64,000 nt of DNA from an uncultured Pseudanabaenaceae cyanobacterium (GCA_937949725.1 CALECT010000054.1:19213-83212), one strand, 5' to 3'; numbered from the stretch's first letter, positions 47,708 through 58,177 are shown. Made by a program: numbers and translations. The notes: a model not told the origin generated them from the sequence alone.

Positions 47708-48399
47708 TATTTGATTCCCTGGCCAATCAATTGTCGTAGAGACTGTTTTACATCCAGAAGAATAGTGGAAACTCCATTAAAACCAAGCGCAATCAATAGC
47801 AAAAAGGAAAGGGCAGTAGCAAGAAACTGATTTTACTTCTTCCTTTCTGCAAACTGCATCATTAGAGTTGTGTTGAATTCAACTAATGAGCTGAGGGGCT
47901 AAGCATATCAATTATGAATAATTTCACCATCGGATAACAGAGCTAAGGGAAAGCATCGAGCCTCCCAAATGCTCCTCAGTAGGAGCATGCCTCGACTGAA
48001 GAAAGACATCACTCAAACCACATCTAAGGAGTTTCTCTGAAAATCGCACTGGCCAAAGCCGGTAATTTCCGTAACAGCACTTAAGAGCTAGAAGAAGACT
48101 TTGGGCCTTGCCAAAAAACAAGCCAGAACTAGCTCTGAATCAACCTGTTTCTATCTCAATGGAAAACTATAGAATCATATTTTCCTAAGGGAAATTCTAA
48201 CAACTCGTCTTTAGCAAAACTGCAATGAGATCAAGGAAAGAATTAGCCAAGAAACAATAAAGCCCAAATGCAAAAAACTTTGTGGCACTTGCGTTGTAGC
48301 TGGGCACTATACAGCTATAAGCACCTCGATTCCTAGAAATTTCAGATTGGCTTGCCACTGAATGAAGGGACTTGACGCAATCGTCCAACTTTTAGGCCT

Positions 48400-49623
48400 A
48401 TGAGTATCGTTGCGGGCACCTACGAAGTTTCAGAAGCGCTTTCGGTCGAGCAATTGCTAGACCGTTTGCAAGAGGTTTTGAGATCTCCTGCTAGCGGAAC
48501 AATTACAGTGAGCAGTGCCAATGGTGCTCCCATCGGCAGCCTGAGATTTAAGCTAGGTCGCCTATTCTGGGCGACTGGCGGCCAACACCGCTGGCGCCGC
48601 TGGAGTCGTTTGACCAAGCAACTGGGTCTTCAGTTGGAGGGGGTCAATCCTCCCACGGTTACTAGCGAGGGCGATTGGGAATACCAAGTCCTTGCGGCGG
48701 GTCTCAATCAGCGCAAGATTTCCCAGGAGCAAGCCGTTGCCCTACTAGAGCAAACGATCCTGGAATCACTGTTCGATATTATTCAGGGCTCCCAAGGGGG
48801 ATGTAAGTTTAGCAGCACCATGGTGTCGGATTCCATGACCGAACTTCTCGCGGTGCAAAACGGTCTTGCCTTGCTAAATCAAGCCCAGGAACAATGGCAA
48901 GCCTGGCAGGCTGCAGGGCTCAGCGACAGCTCTCCCGACGCAGCACCCGTTGTCCGCAACGCCGCTGCCCTCCAACAACGCACATCTCCCCAGACTTACC
49001 AAACCCTGACGAATCTGCTCAATGGGGAATCAACCCTGCGAGAACTGGCCGTCGTGATGCGCCAAGACCTGAAGATGCTGACTCAGACGCTTCTGGCTTA
49101 CGCCCAGTGGGAGCTCATCGGACTAGAGACTCTAGCGGACATTGAACGACCCGGTCGTCAGGGTGCGACTGCTTCCCAGGCTGAACGAGGCATTGCAGCT
49201 CCCCCGAACTCAGGGACTTCTCCCCCCGGTGCCAGTGATTCTCCATTGATCATGTGCATCGACGACAACCCAAAAGTCTGCGAAATGTTGGAGAAAATTC
49301 TCACCAGCGCAGGCTATCAATACGTCGGTGTTCAAGACTCGCTCCAGGCTCTGCCGGTGCTTCTGGAGCGCAAGCCAGACTTTATCTTCCTGGATTTGGT
49401 CATGCCTGTTGCCAGCGGCTACGAGGTCTGCTCCCAAATCCGGCGGATTTCCAGTTTCAAAGATATCCCTGTGGTGATTCTCACTGGCAACGACGGCATC
49501 ATTGACCGGATTCGCTCCAAGGCATCGGGTTCTACCGACTTCATTTCTAAACCCTTAGATGTCGCTAAGGTTCTGGCTACCATCCGGCATTACATCCCGG
49601 ACCGCGTTCCCAATGCAGCCTAA
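48400..49623 (+). CDS. PatA-type response regulator (N-terminal PATAN/DUF4388-like domain plus C-terminal receiver), PixG/PilG class
   Basis: 407 aa. The C-terminal receiver has IMCIDDNPKVCEMLE, FIFLDLVMPVASGYEV and SKP. The N-terminal ~270-aa non-receiver domain is typical of PatA-like regulators. It is the first gene of the Tax-type operon. Confidence 0.85.
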   Translation: MSIVAGTYEVSEALSVEQLLDRLQEVLRSPASGTITVSSANGAPIGSLRFKLGRLFWATGGQHRWRRWSRLTKQLGLQLEGVNPPTVTSEGDWEYQVLAAGLNQRKISQEQAVALLEQTILESLFDIIQGSQGGCKFSSTMVSDSMTELLAVQNGLALLNQAQEQWQAWQAAGLSDSSPDAAPVVRNAAALQQRTSPQTYQTLTNLLNGESTLRELAVVMRQDLKMLTQTLLAYAQWELIGLETLADIERPGRQGATASQAERGIAAPPNSGTSPPGASDSPLIMCIDDNPKVCEMLEKILTSAGYQYVGVQDSLQALPVLLERKPDFIFLDLVMPVASGYEVCSQIRRISSFKDIPVVILTGNDGIIDRIRSKASGSTDFISKPLDVAKVLATIRHYIPDRVPNAA

Positions 49624-49676
49624 AGCCTGCTCATCTACTCAATCTCTTCTTTTTCAATCGTTTCTCCCTTCTGACC

Positions 49677-50042
49677 ATGAGCACCGCATTACTCGTTGAA
49701 GACAGTCTGACTGAAGTCGAAGTCATCACACGTTACCTCAAGGGCTTGGGCCTCCAGGTGCTTTGGGCTAATAGCTGTGAAGAAGCCAAGGAGCATCTCA
49801 GCAAGGGCACACCAGACTTAATTGTTTTGGATGTGATTCTCCCCGGCCAAAGTGGCTTTGAGCTTTGTCGTGAACTCAAGAGCGACCCCACCACGGACAG
49901 CATTCCTGTGATGATTTGCTCCACCAAGAATACTGAGACTGACAAGCTTTGGGGCGACATGCTTGGGGCCGATGCCTACTGTGCCAAGCCGGTGGATCCT
50001 CAAGAATTTGAAACCATCGTCCGCAAGCTCGTAAAGGCCTAA
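49677..50042 (+). CDS. CheY-like single-domain response regulator (PixH/PilH class)
   Basis: 121 aa. ALLVEDS, LIVLDVILPGQSGFELC and AKP. Confidence 0.9.
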   Translation: MSTALLVEDSLTEVEVITRYLKGLGLQVLWANSCEEAKEHLSKGTPDLIVLDVILPGQSGFELCRELKSDPTTDSIPVMICSTKNTETDKLWGDMLGADAYCAKPVDPQEFETIVRKLVKA

Positions 50043-50046
50043 AGCT

Positions 50047-50688
50047 ATGACGACCTCCTCTAACTTGGCCCCAGAAGGCCCCATTGCCCTGGAGGATAGC
50101 CCCGCTGAGCTGACCTCCGAAGCCACTGCTGGCCTAAAAAATTGGCTGAATCAAGGTAATGATACCGGCCAAAATCCCAGCGCCAACGCAGCGGTTCCCA
50201 CTGTTGAAGAACAGCGCCTCCTTCGCTTTTCCCTCCAAGGAAACGAGAGTGCTCTATTGCCTCTAGACAGTATTCAGGAAGTTTTGCAGGTGCCTAAGCG
50301 AGGCCTATTGCGGGTTCCCGGCATGCCTCGTTCCATCCTGGGAGTTTCGAATTGTAGAGGCTCCATTCTCTGGATGGTAGACCTGGCATTGCTCCTAGGC
50401 TTGGAGACAGCGCCCACTGCCTCCGCCGCCCAGCCCTGGCAGGCTCTCAATCGCGCCCAGCAATCCCTGAACACCATCACGATTCAAGCCGCAGGTGAGT
50501 CCCTCGGTCTGGTCGTTCCCAAGGTTATGGACATTGAAACCCATGCCACTAACCAAATCCAACCGCCATCTGCCGATTTGTTCTCCTCCCAACTGCTGCC
50601 TTTCCTCGCAGGCTATCTGACGCGTTCCTGTAGCCCTGTTTTTAGTGCCAGCGCCCTAATTGAACATCTCCAACTACAACGCTCATAA
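50047..50688 (+). CDS. CheW-like coupling protein (PixI/PilI class)
   Basis: CheW signature LLRFSL...[15 protein letters not shown]...[24 protein letters not shown]. The N-terminal ~55 aa look disordered. Confidence 0.8.
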   Translation: MTTSSNLAPEGPIALEDSPAELTSEATAGLKNWLNQGNDTGQNPSANAAVPTVEEQRLLRFSLQGNESALLPLDSIQEVLQVPKRGLLRVPGMPRSILGVSNCRGSILWMVDLALLLGLETAPTASAAQPWQALNRAQQSLNTITIQAAGESLGLVVPKVMDIETHATNQIQPPSADLFSSQLLPFLAGYLTRSCSPVFSASALIEHLQLQRS

Positions 50689-50717
50689 CGCCTAGCTTCT
50701 TGCGAAGTTCCACAGCC

Positions 50718-53700
50718 ATGAAAATTTTCCAACGCCGTTCCCAGTCTGAGTCCCCCGCCAATGCAAGCGGCCCTAAGAAAATCGACGATCGCCTCCAGGA
50801 GGTTTTTGTCTACGACGAAGGCGAGCTACCCAATGCGGCTAGCGTTCAGAAGCGACCCCAACTCGCCGCTAGCAAGACTCAACCCAACGCAGCGCAGGCA
50901 TTGGAGGTGAGCCCCAACGGCAATTACGTCCAGAACTTACGCAAAAACGGCGGTGACCGCACCTATTCACCCAACTCATCAGCTCCAAACAGTCAAGGAT
51001 CTTCAGCAATGGCAGGCGACAACAGCAAATTCATCACAGTTCCCTACTCCCTCATGCCCGCCCAGGGCACTGGTCAGCCTCAAGAAAGTGCAGCGGATAA
51101 TATTCCCAATCGGCAGCAGATTGAAGAGGCTGTGATGACCGCTGTGCAGCAGCATGTGCGCACTGATGCGATGAATCAAGAAGGACTCAAACAGCTCCGA
51201 GCCCAGGTTCAAACCGTGGCTCTGGATATTCGCAGTGCCAAAGATCGCGAAGCAGTGATGAAAGCTGCGGTCTTTAAAACGCTGGAAGCCCTTGGGGCCG
51301 ATCGCGTTACGTTCTACCGCTGTACCTCCCCTGAACAGGGATTGGTAGAAGCCGAGGCTGTGGTTCAAGGCTGGACGCCAGCGCTGGGAGAGTATTTGCC
51401 CCTTGTCTTCCTGGGTAGCGGAGATATAGAGGACTATCAGAAGAATCAAGTCCTGGCCTTTAGTCGCGATCAGGAAATTGAGTTGTCGCCTTATCAGCAC
51501 CAGCTGATGGATAAGTATCAGGTCAAGGCCAGTCTGTCTTTACCTGTAGTACTCAATGAAAAACCCTGGGGTTTCCTAGTGGTTCATCAGTGCAAGCAGG
51601 AGCGCCAATGGCATGATTTTGAAATTGATCTGCTCTATCAGATCGTCACTGAAATTCGCCTGAAGCTGCAAGCGCTGGAATTTGAATTTGAATTTCAACA
51701 ACAGGTTGACCATGGCGCGGCCTTGGTTAAAGTCATTGAGCAGATTCAACGAGCTGAAGGAGTAGAGGGCATTTTCCGCACTGCCACCTCTGCCATTCGC
51801 AAAGCCCTGAATTGCGATCGCGCTGTCATCTATCAGTGCAACGAAGACTGGAGTGGAAAGGTAGTTGCCGAAGCCGTCGGCAAAGGCTGGGTTTCCATCC
51901 TCAAAGAACAGGAACGGGATCAAGCCTTTTGCAGCTACATCCTGCCGGACAATTGCTCCTTCGTAAACCTCTATCCCGATGATGAGCAAGTCATCACTTT
52001 CGAAAAGGACAATGCACTCTTCCGGGCCACCAATGGCGGTCAATTCAACCATGGCGTTCCCTACCGCAAGGTTGATGATGTCTATGCTATGGGCTTCTCG
52101 GATTGCTACATCGAGACCCTAGAGAAGTTCCAATGCCGGGCCTATATCCACGCCCCCATTTTCCAAGATGGCAAGTTCTGGGGCATTCTCTGCGCTTACC
52201 AAAACAGCGGTCCTCGCAAATGGACCATGGGTGAAGCCAGCTTGATGGTCAACTTGGCGACCCCGCTCAACACTGCCTTGCAAATGTCCCGCACGGTCCA
52301 GCAAGTCAAAGACCAAACGAACGAACTCTTTGAAGCCGCTAAGCGTGAACAACTGGCCAGCAGCATCATTGATCGCATTCGCGGCAGCTTTGACACGGAC
52401 CAGGTCTTCAAGGTGACGACGAAGGAAATTCGTCGCTTTATGAACTGCGATCGCGCCGTGATCTACAAATTCCATCAGGATTGGAGCGGTACTTTCGTGG
52501 CCGAGTCCGTGGGCTCTCGCCTCAACTCCATCCTGGGCAAAGGCTTCAGCGCTGACATGGGCAACTGCCACAGCCTCACCAGCCTACGTCCCGAGGGAAT
52601 GCCGCTGGATAGCCGGGATGTGAAAATTGCGGAAATCAGCATTAAGGAAGGCCGGGATTACAACCGCAGCGGTTTCTTCCTTGATGACATTGAGGCCCAT
52701 GACCTACCCGGCGACTTCATGGAAGCCATGGATGGCATTGGTGCCCGTGCCTATATGATGACCGGCATCTTCGTAGGGGACAAGCTGTGGGGAATGCTGG
52801 CGGTCTACCACGGTGAGATTCGTGCTTGGCAAGAAGGAGACCGTAAGCTGATTGCTCAAATTGCAACCCAGTGTGGTGTCGCCCTACAACAAGCCGAATT
52901 CGTCACAGAAATTCAACAGAAATCCGCCGAACTCAGCAGCGTTGTTTCCCGCGAGAAGGCAGCCAAGGAAGAATTCCAGCGGGAAGTTGTGGAACTGCTC
53001 CGCGCCGTCGCTCCCGCCCTGCGCGGTGACCTCACCGTTCGCGCCCCCGTCACCGAAGACGAAGTCGGCACCGTGGCCGACGCTTACAACAACACCATCC
53101 ACGCCCTGCGCAGCATCGTGGTCCAGGTGAAGGAAGCAGCGACCCAGGTTAGCTCCACTTCTAAGACCAGTGGTGAGGCGATCGCCCACCTCTCGAACAA
53201 GGCTCAAAAAGAAGTTCATGTGGTCCAGAAAGCTCTGACCGAAATTCAGAGCATGCAAGGCGCAACCGAAGAAGTGGTCACCACCGCCCAAGGGGTTGAA
53301 GCTGCGGTTCAGCAGGCCAACCAAGTGGTCAAGCGCGGTGACAACGCCATGGACCGTACTGTGGACGGCATCATGGCCATTCGCTCCACTGTGTCCGAGA
53401 CCAGCAAGAAGATTAAGCGCTTGAGCGAATCTTCTCAAAAGATTTCCCGCGTGGTCAGCCTGATTGGTGACTTCACCACCCAGACTCAGCTGCTGGCGCT
53501 GAATGCGGCAATTGAGGCGACCCGTGCTGGTGAATACGGCCGAGGTTTCGCAGTGGTGGCTGACGAAGTCCGCTCCCTGGCTCGCCAGTCCGCTGAAGCG
53601 ACGACGGAAATCGAGAAGTTGGTCCAGGAAATTCAGGCTGAAACCAGCGCGGTAACCCAGGCCATGGACACGGGCATTGACCAGGTGGTCAGCGGTACCA

Positions 53701-53957
53701 ACTTGGTGAACGAGACTCGCGATAGCCTGACGGAAATCGTCGAAGCCACCGCTCAAATCAGTAGCTTCGTCGAGGGCATCACCCTGTCTGCCAACAGTCA
53801 GTCCAAGCAGTTCAAGTCCGTTGCCGAGACCATGAACGGTGTGACTGAGCTGGCCTCCGAAACTTCTAAGGAATCCTTGGATATCTCCGATTCCTTTAAG
53901 GAACTGTTGACCACCGCTGAAGATCTCCAGGCCACCGTGGGCAAGTTCAAGGTCTAA
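50718..53957 (+). CDS. Soluble methyl-accepting chemotaxis protein with three GAF domains (PixJ/PilJ class)
   Basis: The C-terminal MCP signalling domain has [31 protein letters not shown]. There are three GAF-like modules ([46 protein letters not shown] and an upstream one) and a HAMP-like segment. I could not see a hydrophobic TM helix. ATG at 50718; the ORF-track start at 50700 is TTG. Confidence 0.9.
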   Translation: MKIFQRRSQSESPANASGPKKIDDRLQEVFVYDEGELPNAASVQKRPQLAASKTQPNAAQALEVSPNGNYVQNLRKNGGDRTYSPNSSAPNSQGSSAMAGDNSKFITVPYSLMPAQGTGQPQESAADNIPNRQQIEEAVMTAVQQHVRTDAMNQEGLKQLRAQVQTVALDIRSAKDREAVMKAAVFKTLEALGADRVTFYRCTSPEQGLVEAEAVVQGWTPALGEYLPLVFLGSGDIEDYQKNQVLAFSRDQEIELSPYQHQLMDKYQVKASLSLPVVLNEKPWGFLVVHQCKQERQWHDFEIDLLYQIVTEIRLKLQALEFEFEFQQQVDHGAALVKVIEQIQRAEGVEGIFRTATSAIRKALNCDRAVIYQCNEDWSGKVVAEAVGKGWVSILKEQERDQAFCSYILPDNCSFVNLYPDDEQVITFEKDNALFRATNGGQFNHGVPYRKVDDVYAMGFSDCYIETLEKFQCRAYIHAPIFQDGKFWGILCAYQNSGPRKWTMGEASLMVNLATPLNTALQMSRTVQQVKDQTNELFEAAKREQLASSIIDRIRGSFDTDQVFKVTTKEIRRFMNCDRAVIYKFHQDWSGTFVAESVGSRLNSILGKGFSADMGNCHSLTSLRPEGMPLDSRDVKIAEISIKEGRDYNRSGFFLDDIEAHDLPGDFMEAMDGIGARAYMMTGIFVGDKLWGMLAVYHGEIRAWQEGDRKLIAQIATQCGVALQQAEFVTEIQQKSAELSSVVSREKAAKEEFQREVVELLRAVAPALRGDLTVRAPVTEDEVGTVADAYNNTIHALRSIVVQVKEAATQVSSTSKTSGEAIAHLSNKAQKEVHVVQKALTEIQSMQGATEEVVTTAQGVEAAVQQANQVVKRGDNAMDRTVDGIMAIRSTVSETSKKIKRLSESSQKISRVVSLIGDFTTQTQLLALNAAIEATRAGEYGRGFAVVADEVRSLARQSAEATTEIEKLVQEIQAETSAVTQAMDTGIDQVVSGTNLVNETRDSLTEIVEATAQISSFVEGITLSANSQSKQFKSVAETMNGVTELASETSKESLDISDSFKELLTTAEDLQATVGKFKV

Positions 53958-53979
53958 CCAAACCCCGCAATCGGCAACT

Positions 53980-54074
53980 CGTAGGTTGGGTTGAAGCATG
54001 AAACCCAACAGGCCCAAGCCCAAGCTACCAAAGCCCAAGTTTGTTGGGGTTCGGAAGCCTCAACCCAACCTACG
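53980..54074. repeat. Compound imperfect hairpin / palindromic element in the MCP-CheA intergenic spacer
   Basis: Outer stem CGTAGGTTGGGTTGA (53980-53994) with TCAACCCAACCTACG (54060-54074). Inner stem AACCCAACA (54002-54010) with TGTTGGGGTT (54042-54051). The loop contains GCCCAAG three times. Confidence 0.7.
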
Positions 54075-54129
54075 TTAAGACTCTCTCTTCCACGCCCCGA
54101 CTCTTCCCGCCCTCTCCTCTCCTGCCGCT

Positions 54130-57100
54130 ATGTCCACCGATTCCTCCCTCCGCGAAGAAGCTTTTCCCTATTTCGTCAATGAGGCGACTGACCTGCTGCA
54201 AAACATTGAGCAGGATCTGTTGAGCTTGCGGGAAGACCGCACCTCCGCCCGTGTCCATAGCCTGATGCGCTATGCCCACACCCTTAAGGGTGCCGCGGCA
54301 ACTGTGGGTCTGGAAACGGTGAAGCATGTGGCCCACGTCCTAGAGGATGTCTTCCGCGCCCTCTACAATCCCGATATTGAAATCGACGACGAGGTCGAGG
54401 CCCTGCTGTTTGAGGGCTATGACTGCTTGCGCACGCCGCTGATGGCTGAGATCAACGGTAGCCCTGTTGATGAATCGGACATCTTCAATCGGGCAGCGGC
54501 GATCATTTCTCGGTTGCAGGACAAACTGGGCGATCTGTTTGACCGCGAAACCCCCATTCCCACAGCGGAAGAACTGGGCTTCGACGTGGTCAAGTCCATG
54601 TTTGAGGTGGGTGTGGAGCAGCGTCTCAATGCGTTGCAAACTGCCTTGGCGGATGGCACAGCTCCCGGTGAAATTGCCACAACGCTACAAACAACCTGCG
54701 AAGTTTTTTTGGGCCTCGCCGAATCTTTGCAACTGCCGGGCTTTGGTAGCATCGCTCAGCTCACCCTGGATGGCCTAGCCAGTCAACCCGGTAACTTGGT
54801 GCTATTACAACAGGCCTATGAGGACTTGCGAGCCGGTCAGCAGTTGGTGTTGGGGGGCGATCGCGAGCAAGGTGGGCAAGCCTCCGAAGCCCTGATGGCC
54901 CTAGCTTCTGGAACGGGCAATAGCGCAGCGAATAGTCCTGAAGCCAACATTACCGACGCGGGTGCTGCTGCAACTAAAATTCCTGACAACTTGCCCGACA
55001 ATCTCGACATTGGCGGATTGGAAGGTCTCTTTGGTGGACTTGGGGAAGCTCCTCCAGTCATTGCCTCCCAGGAACCCGTTGCCGAAGGTTTGGTTGCCAG
55101 TGCCGATGGGACTGACGTCGGTCCCGACATGCTGGACGGTCAACTTGAATCGCTGTTTGGTGATATCGAGGATGAAGACCCAGATGTCACCGTGCCAGAT
55201 TTATCGGCCATGGGTGCAGCCGCGATGGCTCCTAGGCCAATGGGCATGCCCAGTCCCGACGGGGAAGCCAGTATTCCCCCTATAGAGGCTCCCCTCGCTA
55301 GCCTGGATGATCTCTTTGGTGGCGTCGAATCTGCGGCCATTGCAGATACTTTCACTTCCCATGAAGAAGCAGAGGCTGCGACGGACCCCGCTGAAGCGGA
55401 AACGACAACGGAGGCGATTCAGCCAGCCGTCCCAGAACCCAGCCTAGCTAGCACCGCTGCTGCCGTAGCGCTTTCCCAAGCCCAGCCCGTCGCGAGCGAG
55501 TCCGCAGCCCAGCCCGAAAGCAATGCTGCTCCAGAAGCCCCCATAGCGCCTCAAAACCGTCGCAGCTCCAAAGCAGCAACTCTGATTTCTTCGGGGTCTA
55601 CAAAGGTGAGTCGGAACCGGGAATCTAAGGTAACCATGCGCGTGGGCTTAGACCAGGTGCTGCGCCTCGACCACCTTGTGGGTGAATTGCTCACCAACCA
55701 GATCCAGTCTTCGGAGCAAGACGATCAACTGCGCCAGGGCATTCTTGAACTGCTCTCCCAGTTACGCACCCACCGCCGCACCCTCAGCGACTTACAAACC
55801 GCTGCCCAGCAAATTGGCACAGACGAGTGGGGCTTTTCCAAAGCTCAGCGCGATGCCGATGCCCTAGCAAGCATTTCCCTCAACCCGAAAAAGGCGAAGG
55901 CCAAGCCCGCCCTAGCCATTCCTCAACTTCCCCCCCAGCGATCGCTCAGCGAGCAGTTTGATGCTTTGGAAATGGATCGCTACGGCGACCTCCATATCGT
56001 CACGCAAAAAGCACTCAACGAGTCTGTTCAGCTCGAGATCGTCATTGAGGCCCTTGCCCAACAAACGAAGCAGAATCGCCAAATTTGTGATGGCCGCCAA
56101 CGCCTCTTCCGCCAGTTGCGCGATGATTTAGCCTCTGTCCGTCTCAAGGCCGTCGGCGAACTCTTCAAGCGCTTCCCTCGGGTGCTACAGCAACTGAGTA
56201 CGACCTACGGTAAGCAAGTCGAACTGGGACTGTTTGGCCAGCATGTGTTGATCGACAAGGTCACCTTAGATTCTCTTTACGACTCCCTGCTGCATCTCAT
56301 TCGTAATGCCTTCGACCATGGCATTGAAACGGCTGAAGAACGTCAAGCTGCAGGCAAGTCTCCCAAGGGCAGAATTGAGCTTTCTGCTTACCAGCAGGGC
56401 AACCGCACGGTGATTGAGATTCGCGATGACGGTAAGGGGGTGAATTTGGAGCGCATTGCTGAGAAAGCGATCGCCCAGGACCTCCTCAGTGCCACCGAAG
56501 TGGAAGACGTCACCGAAGGGCAACTGCTGGAGCTGATGTTCCACCCCGGTTTCTCCACCGCCGCCTCCGTCAGCGACCTCTCCGGTCGGGGTGTGGGCCT
56601 GGATGTGGTGCGTTCCCAAATCGAATCTCTGGACGGCAGCCTCGCCATTCGCTCAGAAGCTGGAAAGGGGACCAGCTTTATCCTCCAGTTCCCCCTCGCC
56701 GTCACGATCACTAAGCAGTTGATTTGCCGCAGTGAAGGTACCACCTATGCAATTGCTGCCGATGCGATCGAGCAAGTGCTCTTGCCTCGCGGTGAGCAAC
56801 TGCGCACCCTCAACGATGGTCGCCAGATCTTGACCTTGCGCCAGGGTGACCAGGATTCGATTATTCCGGTGCTGAACCTGTCTGAGCTGGTGGACTATGT
56901 CCATCCCCCCACGGCGAACAATGACGGTGAAGCCGTGGTCATGCAGCCCGTACTCTTGGTTGCCTGTAGTGACGGCCTGCGAGGCATCCAAGTGGATCAA
57001 GTGCTGGGCGAGCAGGAGCTATCGATTCGTGCCATGGGCTCCACCGTCGAACCGCCAGCCTACATTCAGGGCTGTACCGTTTTGGGCGATGCCCACTTGG

Positions 57101-57606
57101 CCCTGGCCATTGAACCCAGCCTGTTGCTGGAGCAAGTTTGTGGCACAGGCAGCCAAACCAGCAGCATCTCCCTCAAGCGTCGTGAGACCAGCGAACTCAA
57201 AGACAGTGTTAGCCGTGCTCCCCGCGTCTTGATTATCGATGACTCCCTCACCCAGCGTCGCACTCTGGAACGCACTTTAACGAGTGTGGGTTATGACGTC
57301 ATCCAGGCAGAAGATGGCCTCGATGCCATGGTCAGTCTGCAAAAGAATGCCGATGTGGACTTGATCTTCTGCGACTTGGAAATGCCGCGCATGAATGGCT
57401 TTGAATTCCTCAGCCAGAGCCGCACCATTGAGGGTCTTACCGGTGTTCCCATCGCTATCCTCACCTCCCGCAGTGGCGGCAAATACCGACAGCTTGCCAT
57501 GGAGCTGGGTGCTTCGGAGTTCCTCAGCAAGCCCTATACGGACTATGAGTTGCTCAAGACAGCGACTCAATTGCTGGAGAAGAAAATGGCAGTTCCCCAA
57601 TCCTAA
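54130..57606 (+). CDS. Hybrid CheA-type histidine kinase (Hpt, long acidic linker, dimerisation/HATPase, CheW-like, receiver), PixL/PilL class
   Basis: Hpt YAHTLKGAAATVGL; HATPase N/G boxes HLIRNAFDHGIE, DDGKGV and GRGVGLDVV; CheW-like region; C-terminal receiver VLIIDDSLTQRR...LIFCDLEMPRMNGFEF...SKP. Confidence 0.93.
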   Translation: MSTDSSLREEAFPYFVNEATDLLQNIEQDLLSLREDRTSARVHSLMRYAHTLKGAAATVGLETVKHVAHVLEDVFRALYNPDIEIDDEVEALLFEGYDCLRTPLMAEINGSPVDESDIFNRAAAIISRLQDKLGDLFDRETPIPTAEELGFDVVKSMFEVGVEQRLNALQTALADGTAPGEIATTLQTTCEVFLGLAESLQLPGFGSIAQLTLDGLASQPGNLVLLQQAYEDLRAGQQLVLGGDREQGGQASEALMALASGTGNSAANSPEANITDAGAAATKIPDNLPDNLDIGGLEGLFGGLGEAPPVIASQEPVAEGLVASADGTDVGPDMLDGQLESLFGDIEDEDPDVTVPDLSAMGAAAMAPRPMGMPSPDGEASIPPIEAPLASLDDLFGGVESAAIADTFTSHEEAEAATDPAEAETTTEAIQPAVPEPSLASTAAAVALSQAQPVASESAAQPESNAAPEAPIAPQNRRSSKAATLISSGSTKVSRNRESKVTMRVGLDQVLRLDHLVGELLTNQIQSSEQDDQLRQGILELLSQLRTHRRTLSDLQTAAQQIGTDEWGFSKAQRDADALASISLNPKKAKAKPALAIPQLPPQRSLSEQFDALEMDRYGDLHIVTQKALNESVQLEIVIEALAQQTKQNRQICDGRQRLFRQLRDDLASVRLKAVGELFKRFPRVLQQLSTTYGKQVELGLFGQHVLIDKVTLDSLYDSLLHLIRNAFDHGIETAEERQAAGKSPKGRIELSAYQQGNRTVIEIRDDGKGVNLERIAEKAIAQDLLSATEVEDVTEGQLLELMFHPGFSTAASVSDLSGRGVGLDVVRSQIESLDGSLAIRSEAGKGTSFILQFPLAVTITKQLICRSEGTTYAIAADAIEQVLLPRGEQLRTLNDGRQILTLRQGDQDSIIPVLNLSELVDYVHPPTANNDGEAVVMQPVLLVACSDGLRGIQVDQVLGEQELSIRAMGSTVEPPAYIQGCTVLGDAHLALAIEPSLLLEQVCGTGSQTSSISLKRRETSELKDSVSRAPRVLIIDDSLTQRRTLERTLTSVGYDVIQAEDGLDAMVSLQKNADVDLIFCDLEMPRMNGFEFLSQSRTIEGLTGVPIAILTSRSGGKYRQLAMELGASEFLSKPYTDYELLKTATQLLEKKMAVPQS

Positions 57607-57730
57607 AGACGAAGCTTTAACTTGACCCCAAGGCATTCAATCCAACGGGGGATCAGGTCTGATTGGTTTTTTATTCCCTAGTCACATCCCGCTTAGGCAA
57701 GTCCGTTACCTATTCTCCTTCCCACAGACC

Positions 57731-58177
57731 ATGACCCATATTGACGCCAATTCCACCTGCAAAGCCGTGGTTTTCGATGCCGCTGGTTTTCGTTTTGCCC
57801 TGCCGCTCAATAGCATCGGTCGTATTGTTCACCGTGGGCTGCTCCAGGAAGATCCCAAAGTAAAGGATCTGCTGTATTTCGAAAATGAGCCCCTGGAGGT
57901 CGTGGATTTGGTGCAGTTACTGGCACCTGGGACTACAGCAAGTCAATCAGATTTCTTTGTGATGACCGAGGTGGGACGACGCTTGGCGATCGCGGCTGAA
58001 GCGCCCCCCATGATGATGGAGTTACCTCTGAATGGGGTTCACAATGTGCCTTCGGTTTATCAGCAGAGCCTTCATGGCCTGGCCCAGCAAATGATTATGG
58101 TGGGGGAAGCTGATGCTACCAGCAGTGTTTTTCTCTTGGATCTGCAACAGCTTGGGCAATTGGCGATCGCTGCGTAA
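57731..58177 (+). CDS. Second, divergent CheW-like protein
   Basis: 148 aa. VVFDAAGFRFALPLNSIGRIV ... EPLEVVDLVQLL resembles a CheW fold, but the match is weaker than for the first CheW. Confidence 0.6.
   Translation: MTHIDANSTCKAVVFDAAGFRFALPLNSIGRIVHRGLLQEDPKVKDLLYFENEPLEVVDLVQLLAPGTTASQSDFFVMTEVGRRLAIAAEAPPMMMELPLNGVHNVPSVYQQSLHGLAQQMIMVGEADATSSVFLLDLQQLGQLAIAA

Noticed and set aside
52884-54038. 384-aa ORF antisense to the MCP signalling domain
   Set aside because: It is a shadow ORF on the opposite strand of a strongly supported gene, with low-complexity Gly/Leu/His-rich translation. The same applies to 51003-51500, 51576-52052 and 52119-52571.
57607-57730. Terminator between cheA and the second cheW-like gene (T6 run at about 57667-57674)
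   Set aside because: Only a 5-bp stem (CAATC/GATTG) with an 18-nt loop can be drawn before the T-run. That is too weak to call, and the genes may well be co-transcribed.
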